DNA of 64,000 nucleotides from Clostridia bacterium (GTDB lineage Bacteria; Bacillota; Clostridia; TANB77; CAG-465): NCBI GenBank assembly GCA_045537895.1, contig JAZSQI010000044.1, positions 6,307 to 70,306 of the forward strand, read 5' to 3'. Shown piece by piece: positions 18,032 to 26,496 of this stretch (position 1 is its first letter; each line of letters starts with the position of its first letter). The notes under the pieces were generated by a model. It saw only the letters and a program-made list of their open reading frames with translations, ran no database searches and was not told where the DNA came from. The position numbers and the translations under genes were made by a program.

Positions 18032-18111
18032 AGCATTATATAAAATGATGTTTTAATTATGTCAGACAATGATTAACGAGAAAGTAGCTGGAACTATTTT
18101 CTCTTTTTTTT
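18032..18111 (+). ncRNA. Candidate ~80-nt antitoxin sRNA (type I TA-like)
   Basis: Bounded by the promoter above and the terminator GAGAAA...TTTTCTC + T8 (18078-18111). Nt 18057-18077 (TTATGTCAGACAATGATTAAC) can pair with 20 of 21 nt of the start region of the convergent toxin mRNA. Confidence 0.55.
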
Positions 18112-18135
18112 GCATACAAATTAATATATTAGCAT

Positions 18136-18170
18136 AAAATAAAAGTAGCTCGTACTGGAATACGAACTAC
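18136..18170 (-). terminator. Terminator of the small toxin-like gene
   Basis: On the minus strand, GTAGTTCGTA-TTCCAG-TACGAGCTAC is followed by TTTTATTTT. Confidence 0.6.
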
Positions 18171-18176
18171 TTTGAG

Positions 18177-18260
18177 TTATTTTCTATTCTTTTTATGGTT
18201 GTTTAGCTCCCTTGTTAGTAGTAACATTAAGAATAGAACTATTATTAGGTCAGACAACAA
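18177..18260 (-). CDS. 27-aa hydrophobic peptide with basic C-terminal tail (type I toxin-like): MLSDLIIVLFLMLLLTRELNNHKKNRK
   Basis: GAGAGGAGG SD lies 6 nt upstream of the TTG start at 18260. The stop is TAA at 18177-18179. The gene has its own promoter and terminator, and the SD is buried in a 5' hairpin. Confidence 0.5.
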   Translation of the reverse strand: MLSDLIIVLFLMLLLTRELNNHKKNRK

Positions 18261-18295
18261 TTAACACCTCCTCTCATACCAGAGTTGGTGTTTTT

Positions 18296-18324
18296 ATTAT
18301 ACGTACTAAAATATGGCTAAACAA
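18296..18324 (-). promoter_or_regulatory. Promoter of the toxin-like mRNA
   Basis: On the minus strand: TTGTTT (18324-18319), 17-nt spacer, TATAAT (18301-18296). Confidence 0.5.
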
Positions 18325-18384
18325 GGATTTTAAATGTATGTGACAAAACTGTGTAAAATATGACAGTGAATTCAAAGAATTAAA

Positions 18385-18413
18385 TTGACATAATATAATT
18401 GCGATGGTATAAT
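18385..18413 (+). promoter_or_regulatory. Extended -10 promoter of the 170-aa ORF; near-twin of the sRNA promoter
   Basis: TTGACA, 17-nt spacer, TGgTATAAT. It shares AATTGACA...GATGGTATAATAT with the promoter at 17997-18025. Confidence 0.6.
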
Positions 18414-18464
18414 ATTTGAGCAAATTAATCAGTTTCTAAAGAATAATTTTTAAGGAGGATTTAT

Positions 18465-18977
18465 ATGATTAAATTTAATGAAGTAAAACTTACTGATGAA
18501 GCAAGAAGTAAAATTGTACTTTTATATCTTGGGTGTAAATTACATGGGATGAGAGATATGAGAATAAATGCTCTTGCTAATGAGGTTATATTAGCAGGCG
18601 CAACAGGTAAAAAACTTACTTTTTTTACGCCACATGTAATATATAATTCAGATGAATTAATCAACTTTGTATATGATTACACCTATGAGAAAATGAGAAA
18701 TACTCTTTATTTCATGGGAGATACTTTGTGTTCCAATTTTATGCAAGAAGACGGAAAGTTACTTTCTGAAAAAGAGATAATGCTCAAGCTTATAAATAAA
18801 ATATTTGATCGTAATCATTTTGATGAAGTGGATGACGGTGATATTTACATCGCCTTTACGGAGACGCTTGTTTTACAAATAGGAGCAAATAGCAACTTAA
18901 TAACTACACCTAAACAAAGTCCTGTATATAGACATGTTCAGTTAGTTAGAGAAGCTATAAGAAAATATGGAAAATGA
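18465..18977 (+). CDS. Hypothetical cytoplasmic protein (170 aa)
   Basis: AAGGAGG SD, own promoter, and a terminator hairpin near 19011-19043. I recognise no family motif. Confidence 0.6.
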   Translation: MIKFNEVKLTDEARSKIVLLYLGCKLHGMRDMRINALANEVILAGATGKKLTFFTPHVIYNSDELINFVYDYTYEKMRNTLYFMGDTLCSNFMQEDGKLLSEKEIMLKLINKIFDRNHFDEVDDGDIYIAFTETLVLQIGANSNLITTPKQSPVYRHVQLVREAIRKYGK

Positions 18978-19079
18978 TTAATTCGTAATAATTTGTAAAT
19001 AGGAGTAATAAATCTTGTTACTTCTATTTATTTGTGGTAAAATACCACTATTATATAATCAAAATAAGGGGGCATTTAT

Positions 19080-21731
19080 ATGGAAAAAGATATGTACAAT
19101 TTAACCATTGAAGAAACGCTCAAAAAAATAGGTTCTTCAAAAAGTGGTATAACTGAGGAAGAAGCAAAAGCTAGACTTGAAAAAAATGGCCTGAATAAGC
19201 TTAAAGAGGGCAAGAAAAAGACAATGCTTGGTAGATTTATTGATCAATTTAAAAATATTATGATTATAATTCTACTAATTGCAGCTGTAGTTTCAGGTGT
19301 AGTTGCACATATGGAGGGAGAATCTCTTACAGATGCAATTATAATACTTGTAGTTGTACTTCTTAATGCTATTATGGGTGTAGTACAAGAAAGTAAGGCA
19401 GAAAAAGCTATTGATTCTTTAAAGACTATGTCAGTTCCTAATATAAAGGTAAGAAGAAATGGTATAGTTAAAAGTGTTAATACTGAAGAGTTAGTTGTTG
19501 GAGATATTGTCCTTATAGAAGCAGGAGATTTTGTTCCAGCAGATATGAGAATTATAGAAAACAGTAGTTTAAAAGTAGAAGAAGCAGCTTTAACTGGTGA
19601 GTCAGTACCTGTATATAAAGATATATCTACTTTAGACGGCGAAGTAGCATTGGCAGAAAGAAAAAATATGCTGTATTCTGGAAGCTCTGTAGTATATGGT
19701 AGGGGTGAAGGTGTAGTTACAGCAACAGGTATGGACACTGAACTTGGTAAAATAGCTACTATACTTACTGAAGGAAAAGAAGAGCTTACACCACTTCAAA
19801 AGAAAATGAATGAAATAAGTAAGGCATTAAGTGTTATTGTTGTAATAATAGGCTTACTTATGGTAGTCGTTGGTATAGTTAGAGATAACCCTATATTAGA
19901 AGTATTTATGCTTGCTGTATCTTTGGCTGTTGCAGCAATACCAGAAGGACTTCCAGCAGCTATTACTATAATATTATCTATAGGCGTTCAAAAAATGGCT
20001 AAAGAAAAAAGTATAGTACGTAAGCTATCATCTGTAGAAGCTTTAGGTTCAACAGAAGTAATATGTTCAGATAAAACAGGAACTCTTACACAAAACAAAA
20101 TGACAGTTAAAGAACTTTGTGTAGGATGCGAAAATATGCCTGTTTCAGAGATATCTTTAGCAGATGCAAAATCTGAAAGAATGGCAACTTTAATGCATGC
20201 AATGCTTTTATGTAATGATACTAAATATGGAGAAAAAGAAGGAGTTCTTTTAGGAGATCCAACAGAGACAGCGCTAGTATCATTTGCAAAAGAATATGAT
20301 ATTGAAAAGAAAAATTACGATATCAAACATGAAAGAGCAAGTGAGATACCATTTGATTCTGATAGAAAAATGATGAGCACAGTAAATGAGTACAAAGATG
20401 CTTACAGAATTTATACAAAAGGTGCTATTGAATCTATCTTAGATAGATGTTCTCATGCAGTTATTGATCAGCAGATAGTTGAAATGACAGCAGATGTTAA
20501 AGACATGATTATTCAAAAGAATAATGAAATGTCTACAAAGGCGCTCAGGGTTTTAGCTTTTGCATATAAAGATTCTAAAGAAATTCCACAAGATATGGTA
20601 AGTGATAAGGTTGAAAAAGATATGACTTATGTTGGTCTTGTTGGAATGATAGATCCACCTAGACCTGAAGCTAAAGAAGCAGTGCAGAAGTGTTTTGAAG
20701 CAGGCATGACTCCTGTTATGATAACTGGTGATAATAAAGAGACGGCAGTTGCTATTGCTACAGAACTTGGAATAATGAAAAAAGGTATGTTAGCAATAAC
20801 AGGAGCAGAACTAGATAAAATGTCTGATGAAGAGTTTGAAAAGAAAATAGACAGAATAAGAGTTTATGCAAGAGTGTCTCCTGAAAACAAACTTAGAATT
20901 GTTAAGACATGGAAAAAACTTGGTAAAACTGTTGCTATGACCGGTGATGGTGTAAACGATGCGCCTGCGCTTAAGAATGCTGATATTGGCGTTGGAATGG
21001 GTATAACTGGTACAGAAGTATCAAAGAGTGTATCTAGCATGGTTATATCAGATGATAACTTTGCTACTATAGTTGTTGCTATTAAAGAAGGTAGAAGAAT
21101 ATATACAAATATTCAAAATGTTATAGCTTATCTTTTAGCTTCAAACTTAGCCGAAGTTATAATAATATTCTTTGGAACACTTTTTGGTTATAATATAATG
21201 TTACCACTTCAACTTTTGTGGATTAATTTAATTACTGATACTATTCCTGCAATAACTTTGGGCTTTGAAAAAGCAGAAAAGAATGTTATGAAGGAAAAAC
21301 CAAGAAGTTCAAAAGAGAAATTCTTCAATCCTTTCTTAACTTGCAGAATTGTAATACCTGCTATTATAAAAAGTATACTTATACTAACAGTATTTATGAT
21401 GGTAGAAACAACTTATGGTCATGCTGAAGCTATGACAGTTGCCTTTATAATGTTATCGTTTATTGAGCTTTTATTTGCTTATACAATGAGATCTGATAGA
21501 AGATTAGTAACAAGCATAGGCATATTCTCTAATAAACAGATGGTTATTGGTACGTTAATTACAATAGGCTTGCAGCTTGCTGTTATATTAATACCATCAA
21601 TTTCTAGCATATTTAAATTAGCACCATTAGATAGCCATTTATATCTTGTATGTATAGGTTGTGCTATTGGATTTGTAATAGTAGCAGAAATAGTAAAAAT
21701 TACACTTGCTAAAATATTTAATAAAAAATAG
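19080..21731 (+). CDS. P-type (E1-E2) cation-transporting ATPase, Ca2+-ATPase-like
   Basis: TGES, the DKTGTLT phosphorylation site, and the TGDGVNDAPAL hinge. The protein is 883 aa with about 10 TM segments, and its N-terminal cation-ATPase domain is of the PMCA/SERCA-like type. Confidence 0.9.
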   Translation: MEKDMYNLTIEETLKKIGSSKSGITEEEAKARLEKNGLNKLKEGKKKTMLGRFIDQFKNIMIIILLIAAVVSGVVAHMEGESLTDAIIILVVVLLNAIMGVVQESKAEKAIDSLKTMSVPNIKVRRNGIVKSVNTEELVVGDIVLIEAGDFVPADMRIIENSSLKVEEAALTGESVPVYKDISTLDGEVALAERKNMLYSGSSVVYGRGEGVVTATGMDTELGKIATILTEGKEELTPLQKKMNEISKALSVIVVIIGLLMVVVGIVRDNPILEVFMLAVSLAVAAIPEGLPAAITIILSIGVQKMAKEKSIVRKLSSVEALGSTEVICSDKTGTLTQNKMTVKELCVGCENMPVSEISLADAKSERMATLMHAMLLCNDTKYGEKEGVLLGDPTETALVSFAKEYDIEKKNYDIKHERASEIPFDSDRKMMSTVNEYKDAYRIYTKGAIESILDRCSHAVIDQQIVEMTADVKDMIIQKNNEMSTKALRVLAFAYKDSKEIPQDMVSDKVEKDMTYVGLVGMIDPPRPEAKEAVQKCFEAGMTPVMITGDNKETAVAIATELGIMKKGMLAITGAELDKMSDEEFEKKIDRIRVYARVSPENKLRIVKTWKKLGKTVAMTGDGVNDAPALKNADIGVGMGITGTEVSKSVSSMVISDDNFATIVVAIKEGRRIYTNIQNVIAYLLASNLAEVIIIFFGTLFGYNIMLPLQLLWINLITDTIPAITLGFEKAEKNVMKEKPRSSKEKFFNPFLTCRIVIPAIIKSILILTVFMMVETTYGHAEAMTVAFIMLSFIELLFAYTMRSDRRLVTSIGIFSNKQMVIGTLITIGLQLAVILIPSISSIFKLAPLDSHLYLVCIGCAIGFVIVAEIVKITLAKIFNKK

Positions 21732-21801
21732 AAGTTAACAAACATAAAACCTTTCTTTTGCAATATATATATAATATAGATTGCAAGGGAGAGGTTTTTT
21801 T

Positions 21802-22257
21802 ATGAATAATATGATGATGGGAAATGGTCAAAACAATATATTTTCTCAAATAAGAAATTTTTTAGGTTTAAACAGAGGAATAAGTAACGGGTATAATAAT
21901 AGATGTATGACAAGAATATTAACAATGGAAGATGCATATATGCAGATAATGTCAGGAAATTGTAAGCTATTGGATGTAAGAAGTGAAAATGAATATAAAG
22001 TTATGAGAATAAAAGGTGCAATAAACATACCGGTAAATATATTAAGTGCAAATGTGCAGAGTGTATTTCCTAATAAAACAGAATGCATACTAGTATATTG
22101 CGCTACTGGTCCTAGAGCAGCACAAGCTGTGCAAATATTAAAAAATATGGGGTATATGAATTTATGCATATGGGAAGGTGCAGGTATAAATAATTTTAAA
22201 TATAAAGATATAATAGAAAAATATAATGATAATGAAGATAAGGTAGTTATTAATTAA
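21802..22257 (+). CDS. Rhodanese-domain sulfurtransferase-like protein
   Basis: GGGAGAGG SD precedes ATG 21802. LLDVRSENEYKVMRIKGAINIP and the active-site loop VYCATGPRAAQA. Confidence 0.75.
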   Translation: MNNMMMGNGQNNIFSQIRNFLGLNRGISNGYNNRCMTRILTMEDAYMQIMSGNCKLLDVRSENEYKVMRIKGAINIPVNILSANVQSVFPNKTECILVYCATGPRAAQAVQILKNMGYMNLCIWEGAGINNFKYKDIIEKYNDNEDKVVIN

Positions 22258-22431
22258 AAAATGCCGAAAATCTTTAAATATATAGGTTTAAAGGAATAAT
22301 GTAATATTTTTGTAACAATATTGTTTATGAAATGATACAAAAATGTTATTCTTTTGTAGTTGTAATTGTTTCAGAAGATAGTATAATAGATATATAATAA
22401 AGTATATGTAAAATACAAATGAGGTGTTTAT

Positions 22432-23274
22432 ATGTTTAAAGAGTTTTTAAAGAATGAATGGAAATTATTTTTACAAGATATGGAGTCAATAGGAAATGCT
22501 GTACTTAGTTTCTTCTCAAGAAAAGAAGAACCACTTATGATAGCAGCTGCACCAGAAGCTATTGAAGAACCAGTTATTCAAGAATATGTTCCAGATGAAG
22601 TTGATTATAAAGTGGAAACATATTTTGGAGAAAATATAGGAGAGTTAAAAGAAAGCTTCTGTGGAGACAAAACTCAACACGAAGTATTAAGAGAGTATGC
22701 ACAATTCTTTAAACCATATGGTGAAAATGCAGAAATGTGTCAAACAGCTTTCAAAAAATATTATGATAGACATGCTTTAAAAATGGCAGTTAATGAATTT
22801 CCTATAGAGCAAGCTAGAATAATCCAAAATAATGTTGACTTATTTATAGAAGGTCAAGAAGTATTTGGAGAAAATGGACAATTTATAGATTCAAGAGTTG
22901 ACTCTATATTTGAAAAAGTTGGAATGGACAAAGTTTCTAAGATGGTTAGCATTTTAGGTGAAGCTGATGATAATGGAATAAATTATCAAGGAGAAAGAAC
23001 TTTTGCTGAAGCTATTTGCCACATGGTAGATAATGGAATAAAAGTTGATAAAGATGGTAATTTAGTAAATCCAGTTAGAAAGGCTTTAGAAGAAAAACTA
23101 AATGATGTACATGCGTCATTAAGAAGTCATGAAGATTGGAATGATGATTATCAAGCATTACTTTCTCAAGAAAGAAAATATTTATATGCATTAAATAGAA
23201 TAGAACAATATGAGACTGAAGAAAGAATTGCAGAATTTGAAAGCAAATTAAACGAACTTGATGTAGTAGTTTAA
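22432..23274 (+). CDS. Acidic hypothetical protein (280 aa)
   Basis: GAGGTG SD, a long clean ORF, and a terminator hairpin near 23301-23330. No recognised motif. Confidence 0.6.
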   Translation: MFKEFLKNEWKLFLQDMESIGNAVLSFFSRKEEPLMIAAAPEAIEEPVIQEYVPDEVDYKVETYFGENIGELKESFCGDKTQHEVLREYAQFFKPYGENAEMCQTAFKKYYDRHALKMAVNEFPIEQARIIQNNVDLFIEGQEVFGENGQFIDSRVDSIFEKVGMDKVSKMVSILGEADDNGINYQGERTFAEAICHMVDNGIKVDKDGNLVNPVRKALEEKLNDVHASLRSHEDWNDDYQALLSQERKYLYALNRIEQYETEERIAEFESKLNELDVVV

Positions 23275-23423
23275 GAGGCGATATATAGAGAGGTTTAAAA
23301 GATGGTAGCGTTGCTACTGTCTTTTTTATGCAAACTATATATTGAAAAAAGCAAGTAAATATGATATAATGTACTCCGTAAAAATAATATAATTCATAAA
23401 ATAATTTTTAGGGAGGAATAAAT

Positions 23424-23921
23424 ATGATATTAACGAGTTTAGGAATTGTAGTAATTATTTTGGGAATGATCATTTTTGTAAAACTTGATTATGCTTTCAG
23501 AGGTATAATTTGCTTAGCTGTTGGAGTTACTATGGTTGTATTGGGGACTATTATTCCTATACATGGTTATGAAAAACCGGTATTAAGTGCTAAGTATGAA
23601 CTTAAACCTGTATTAGAAGGTTCAAGTATATATGTTGTGCAAGATGGAACAGATAATATAACATATAATTGTGCTAAAAATACAATAAATTCTAAAAGCA
23701 AAAGTGAAACAAAAATCTACATACAGGAAAGCGAGTATGAAATAGCTATAATAAATGAGAATGATAAGCCTTTCTGCAAGGAATATTTTTGCAAAGCAAA
23801 ATCATCTTTATTTGCATTTGCTTGGGCTTCTGACATAACACAATTGGAATTCTGTGTTCCCGAAACTGGTATAGCTAGATGGAATCATGTTGAAATTGAC
23901 GAAAGGTCAGAAATTAATTAG
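23424..23921 (+). CDS. Two-TM membrane protein, paralog family member 1 of 3
   Basis: GGGAGG SD. Two N-terminal hydrophobic helices are followed by IPIHGYEKPV and a ~110-aa soluble domain ending ...SLFAFAWASDITQLEFCVPETG. Confidence 0.65.
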   Translation: MILTSLGIVVIILGMIIFVKLDYAFRGIICLAVGVTMVVLGTIIPIHGYEKPVLSAKYELKPVLEGSSIYVVQDGTDNITYNCAKNTINSKSKSETKIYIQESEYEIAIINENDKPFCKEYFCKAKSSLFAFAWASDITQLEFCVPETGIARWNHVEIDERSEIN

Positions 23922-23953
23922 TAATCAGAAAACTTAAGGAGGAAAACTAATAT

Positions 23954-24406
23954 ATGTTGTTACTTATTATTGGAGCATTAATTGCTGTTTTTGGTGTGGT
24001 TATGGCAATTCAATGCCTTGAAGGCTCTTTTTTTATTGTATTTGTAGTGGGAATAGTAATTATGATATTCTCTCTTAATCCTAATAGTCCAAGGTGGAAA
24101 AAAGGAAAAATACTTGAATCACATAATCTTCTTCCTATAATTCCAAAATCAAAAATATATCTTGTTATATCTGAAGATGGAGATATGATGTATAAATACA
24201 AAGATGGGAATAAGGAAGTAATAAGATGTACATCATGTCATGATACTTTGTACAAAGAGGTAGACAAAGATAAAACACCTTGTTTTAAAGTGCAAGAGAT
24301 GAAGGCAAAGATTACTTTGTGGGCTTTTCCTATTGGAGTTACAAAATTGGAAAATATTTTATACATTCCCAAATCAAGCATAGAAGAAGGGAGCAGCATA
24401 AGATAA
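23954..24406 (+). CDS. Two-TM membrane protein, paralog family member 2 of 3 (most diverged)
   Basis: AAGGAGG SD. It has the same architecture as its neighbours and a C-terminal KITLWAFPIGVTKLENILYIPKS block. Confidence 0.6.
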   Translation: MLLLIIGALIAVFGVVMAIQCLEGSFFIVFVVGIVIMIFSLNPNSPRWKKGKILESHNLLPIIPKSKIYLVISEDGDMMYKYKDGNKEVIRCTSCHDTLYKEVDKDKTPCFKVQEMKAKITLWAFPIGVTKLENILYIPKSSIEEGSSIR

Positions 24407-24409
24407 GAT

Positions 24410-24877
24410 ATGGTATTTATTATTTTAGGAATAGTTACTTTAATTTTAGCTGGAAATAGCAAAAATTACTTTTTTGGACTTTGCTGGCTTTTCATAACTG
24501 TGTTTTTGGTTTGCTGTGGGTTATTTTACCCGATACATGGTTATCATGAACCGATTTTTCAAAATGCATATGAGCTTGTACCTATAACTTATGATATAAG
24601 TTCAAACTTAGAAATATATGCTATAGTAGATAGTGATGGCTCTGTAACATGTAAGCATATGAATAAAGAAGATAAAAATTTTGCTAAAAATTATACATAT
24701 GAGGGAGACTTACAGCTTAAGTTTGAACACGAAGACGAAAAGCCGGTTTTGGAAATATATTTGCTTAAGCCTAAAAAAAGTATATTTACATTTGCAATAA
24801 GCACTCAAAAAACAAAATATGTTTTCAAAGTTCCAGAAAGTGGCACGGAAATATTAGAAAATGAGCATGTCAAATGA
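24410..24877 (+). CDS. Two-TM membrane protein, paralog family member 3 of 3
   Basis: It starts 4 nt after the preceding stop. YPIHGYHEPIF and KSIFTFAISTQKTKYVFKVPESG match member 1. Confidence 0.65.
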   Translation: MVFIILGIVTLILAGNSKNYFFGLCWLFITVFLVCCGLFYPIHGYHEPIFQNAYELVPITYDISSNLEIYAIVDSDGSVTCKHMNKEDKNFAKNYTYEGDLQLKFEHEDEKPVLEIYLLKPKKSIFTFAISTQKTKYVFKVPESGTEILENEHVK

Positions 24878-24890
24878 CATGCTTTTTTTC
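24865..24890 (+). terminator. Terminator of the three-gene paralog operon
   Basis: GCATGTC pairs with GACATGC, followed by T7. The hairpin overlaps the stop codon. Confidence 0.65.
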
Positions 24891-25006
24891 TGCCCAAAAA
24901 AACATAAAAAAGTTGACAAAAAAACTTAAATTTCTTTACAAATATCAACTTTTGGTATATTATGTATATGTAAATTTATGTAATAGTTACGAAGGATGGT
25001 ATTTAT

Positions 25007-26473
25007 ATGAAAATTAAATTGAATATTCAAAAAGATGGAGAAAACTTAATTAAGGATAGATTGTTAAAAGAAAGTGAATCTAAGCCTAAAAAAGCCTACT
25101 TTTTTATGGGAGATATAAAGGAAAGTGGATTTGATATTTTAGAAGAATGCTTGATTGATTTAAAAGCAAGAAAACTAATAGTAATAGGCATTAACAAAAA
25201 AAATACAACTAAAAAAATGTTAGATACTTTATATAATTATACTAAGAGCGTATATTTATTTAATAATAATCAGATGATTGAATTTGATAGTAACATAGTT
25301 ATCTTTGAATATGCAGATTCAGCAATAATATATATAATGAATGCACATATATCAGAAGGGTCTTTGGTTGATAATATAGCTACATATACGACTATTGAGT
25401 ACGATTTAAGCGTAAAAGAAGATACAGATTCATATAAAGAGTATGTAGAAAATCTAGTTAGCATTTCTAAATTAGATTCAGCTATAAAATTAGAGAAAGC
25501 AGTTATTAAAAAATTATTTGATGATGGACAAATATTTACACCTAAGCAATATACACATAGTGTTATGACTATTGCAGAGCTTTTAGGTGAGAAAAAAGAA
25601 GAAAACAAGGATGAAAATGTAAAAGATGATGATATCGAAGTTACTGATGAAATTAGTAGTGAAAAAGCAAAAATACCTACAATTGATTTAAGTGATATCG
25701 AAGATTTTAGTATTGATATAGATATTGATGACTCTGTAAAAAGAGAAGAAGAAATTTCTTTAGAGGTAGAAGAAGTAAAACCTGAAAAGAAAGAAAAAAA
25801 GGAAGTAAAGAAGACAGCTAAAAAAGAAGTTATGCCAGAAGAAGTTTTTGACATGAGCGCTGAAAATAAAGAAGAGTTTGATTTTGATATAGATGGTGCT
25901 CTAGATTTAGAAAGTTTACTTTTTGAAAAATCAGATATTGAGCTTGATAAAAAAAGTATAAAGAAAAAAATATCTGCTGTAAAAGAAGATGAAGAAGGAA
26001 AAGCTATATCTAAAAAAGTTGATTTGACAAAGGTTAGTAATTTGATTATGGAACTTCCTAAGAAACCAATAAAAGGAAAAGATGTTGCTAATATTAAAAT
26101 ACCAAATTATATAAAAGATATGATACCAGGTTTCTTTGCAATAACTTCAAAGTTTAAATCGGTTGAAAAAGCAGATGGTACATATAAAGAAACAAATGTA
26201 AAACTAGAAATAATTAATATTATAACTAATGAAAAATATTCAGATGCTAGTGCGTTATTATCGCAAAAAAATGGTCAAACATTTATAACTTTCTCATCTG
26301 AACACTTTAAAGATATTTCATACGATGAAAATGATATAGTGAGAATAATTAAATTATCTGATGATACTTATCATATGGAAATGGTGTCTAAAGATGTACA
26401 AGAGTATAAAATATGGAAAAAATTATGTACTAAAAACTTCAAAGGTTCAAGTAGAAGTTATGGAGTTATGTAA
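25007..26473 (+). CDS. Hypothetical three-part protein: N-terminal alpha/beta domain, ~170-aa Glu/Lys/Asp low-complexity spacer, C-terminal beta-rich domain
   Basis: GAAGGATGG SD-like sequence and a long clean ORF directly upstream of smc. Any PLD-like or B3-like resemblance of the end domains is only a weak impression. Confidence 0.55.
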   Translation: MKIKLNIQKDGENLIKDRLLKESESKPKKAYFFMGDIKESGFDILEECLIDLKARKLIVIGINKKNTTKKMLDTLYNYTKSVYLFNNNQMIEFDSNIVIFEYADSAIIYIMNAHISEGSLVDNIATYTTIEYDLSVKEDTDSYKEYVENLVSISKLDSAIKLEKAVIKKLFDDGQIFTPKQYTHSVMTIAELLGEKKEENKDENVKDDDIEVTDEISSEKAKIPTIDLSDIEDFSIDIDIDDSVKREEEISLEVEEVKPEKKEKKEVKKTAKKEVMPEEVFDMSAENKEEFDFDIDGALDLESLLFEKSDIELDKKSIKKKISAVKEDEEGKAISKKVDLTKVSNLIMELPKKPIKGKDVANIKIPNYIKDMIPGFFAITSKFKSVEKADGTYKETNVKLEIINIITNEKYSDASALLSQKNGQTFITFSSEHFKDISYDENDIVRIIKLSDDTYHMEMVSKDVQEYKIWKKLCTKNFKGSSRSYGVM

Positions 26474-26496
26474 TAAGTAGAATAGTAGGGGTAAAG

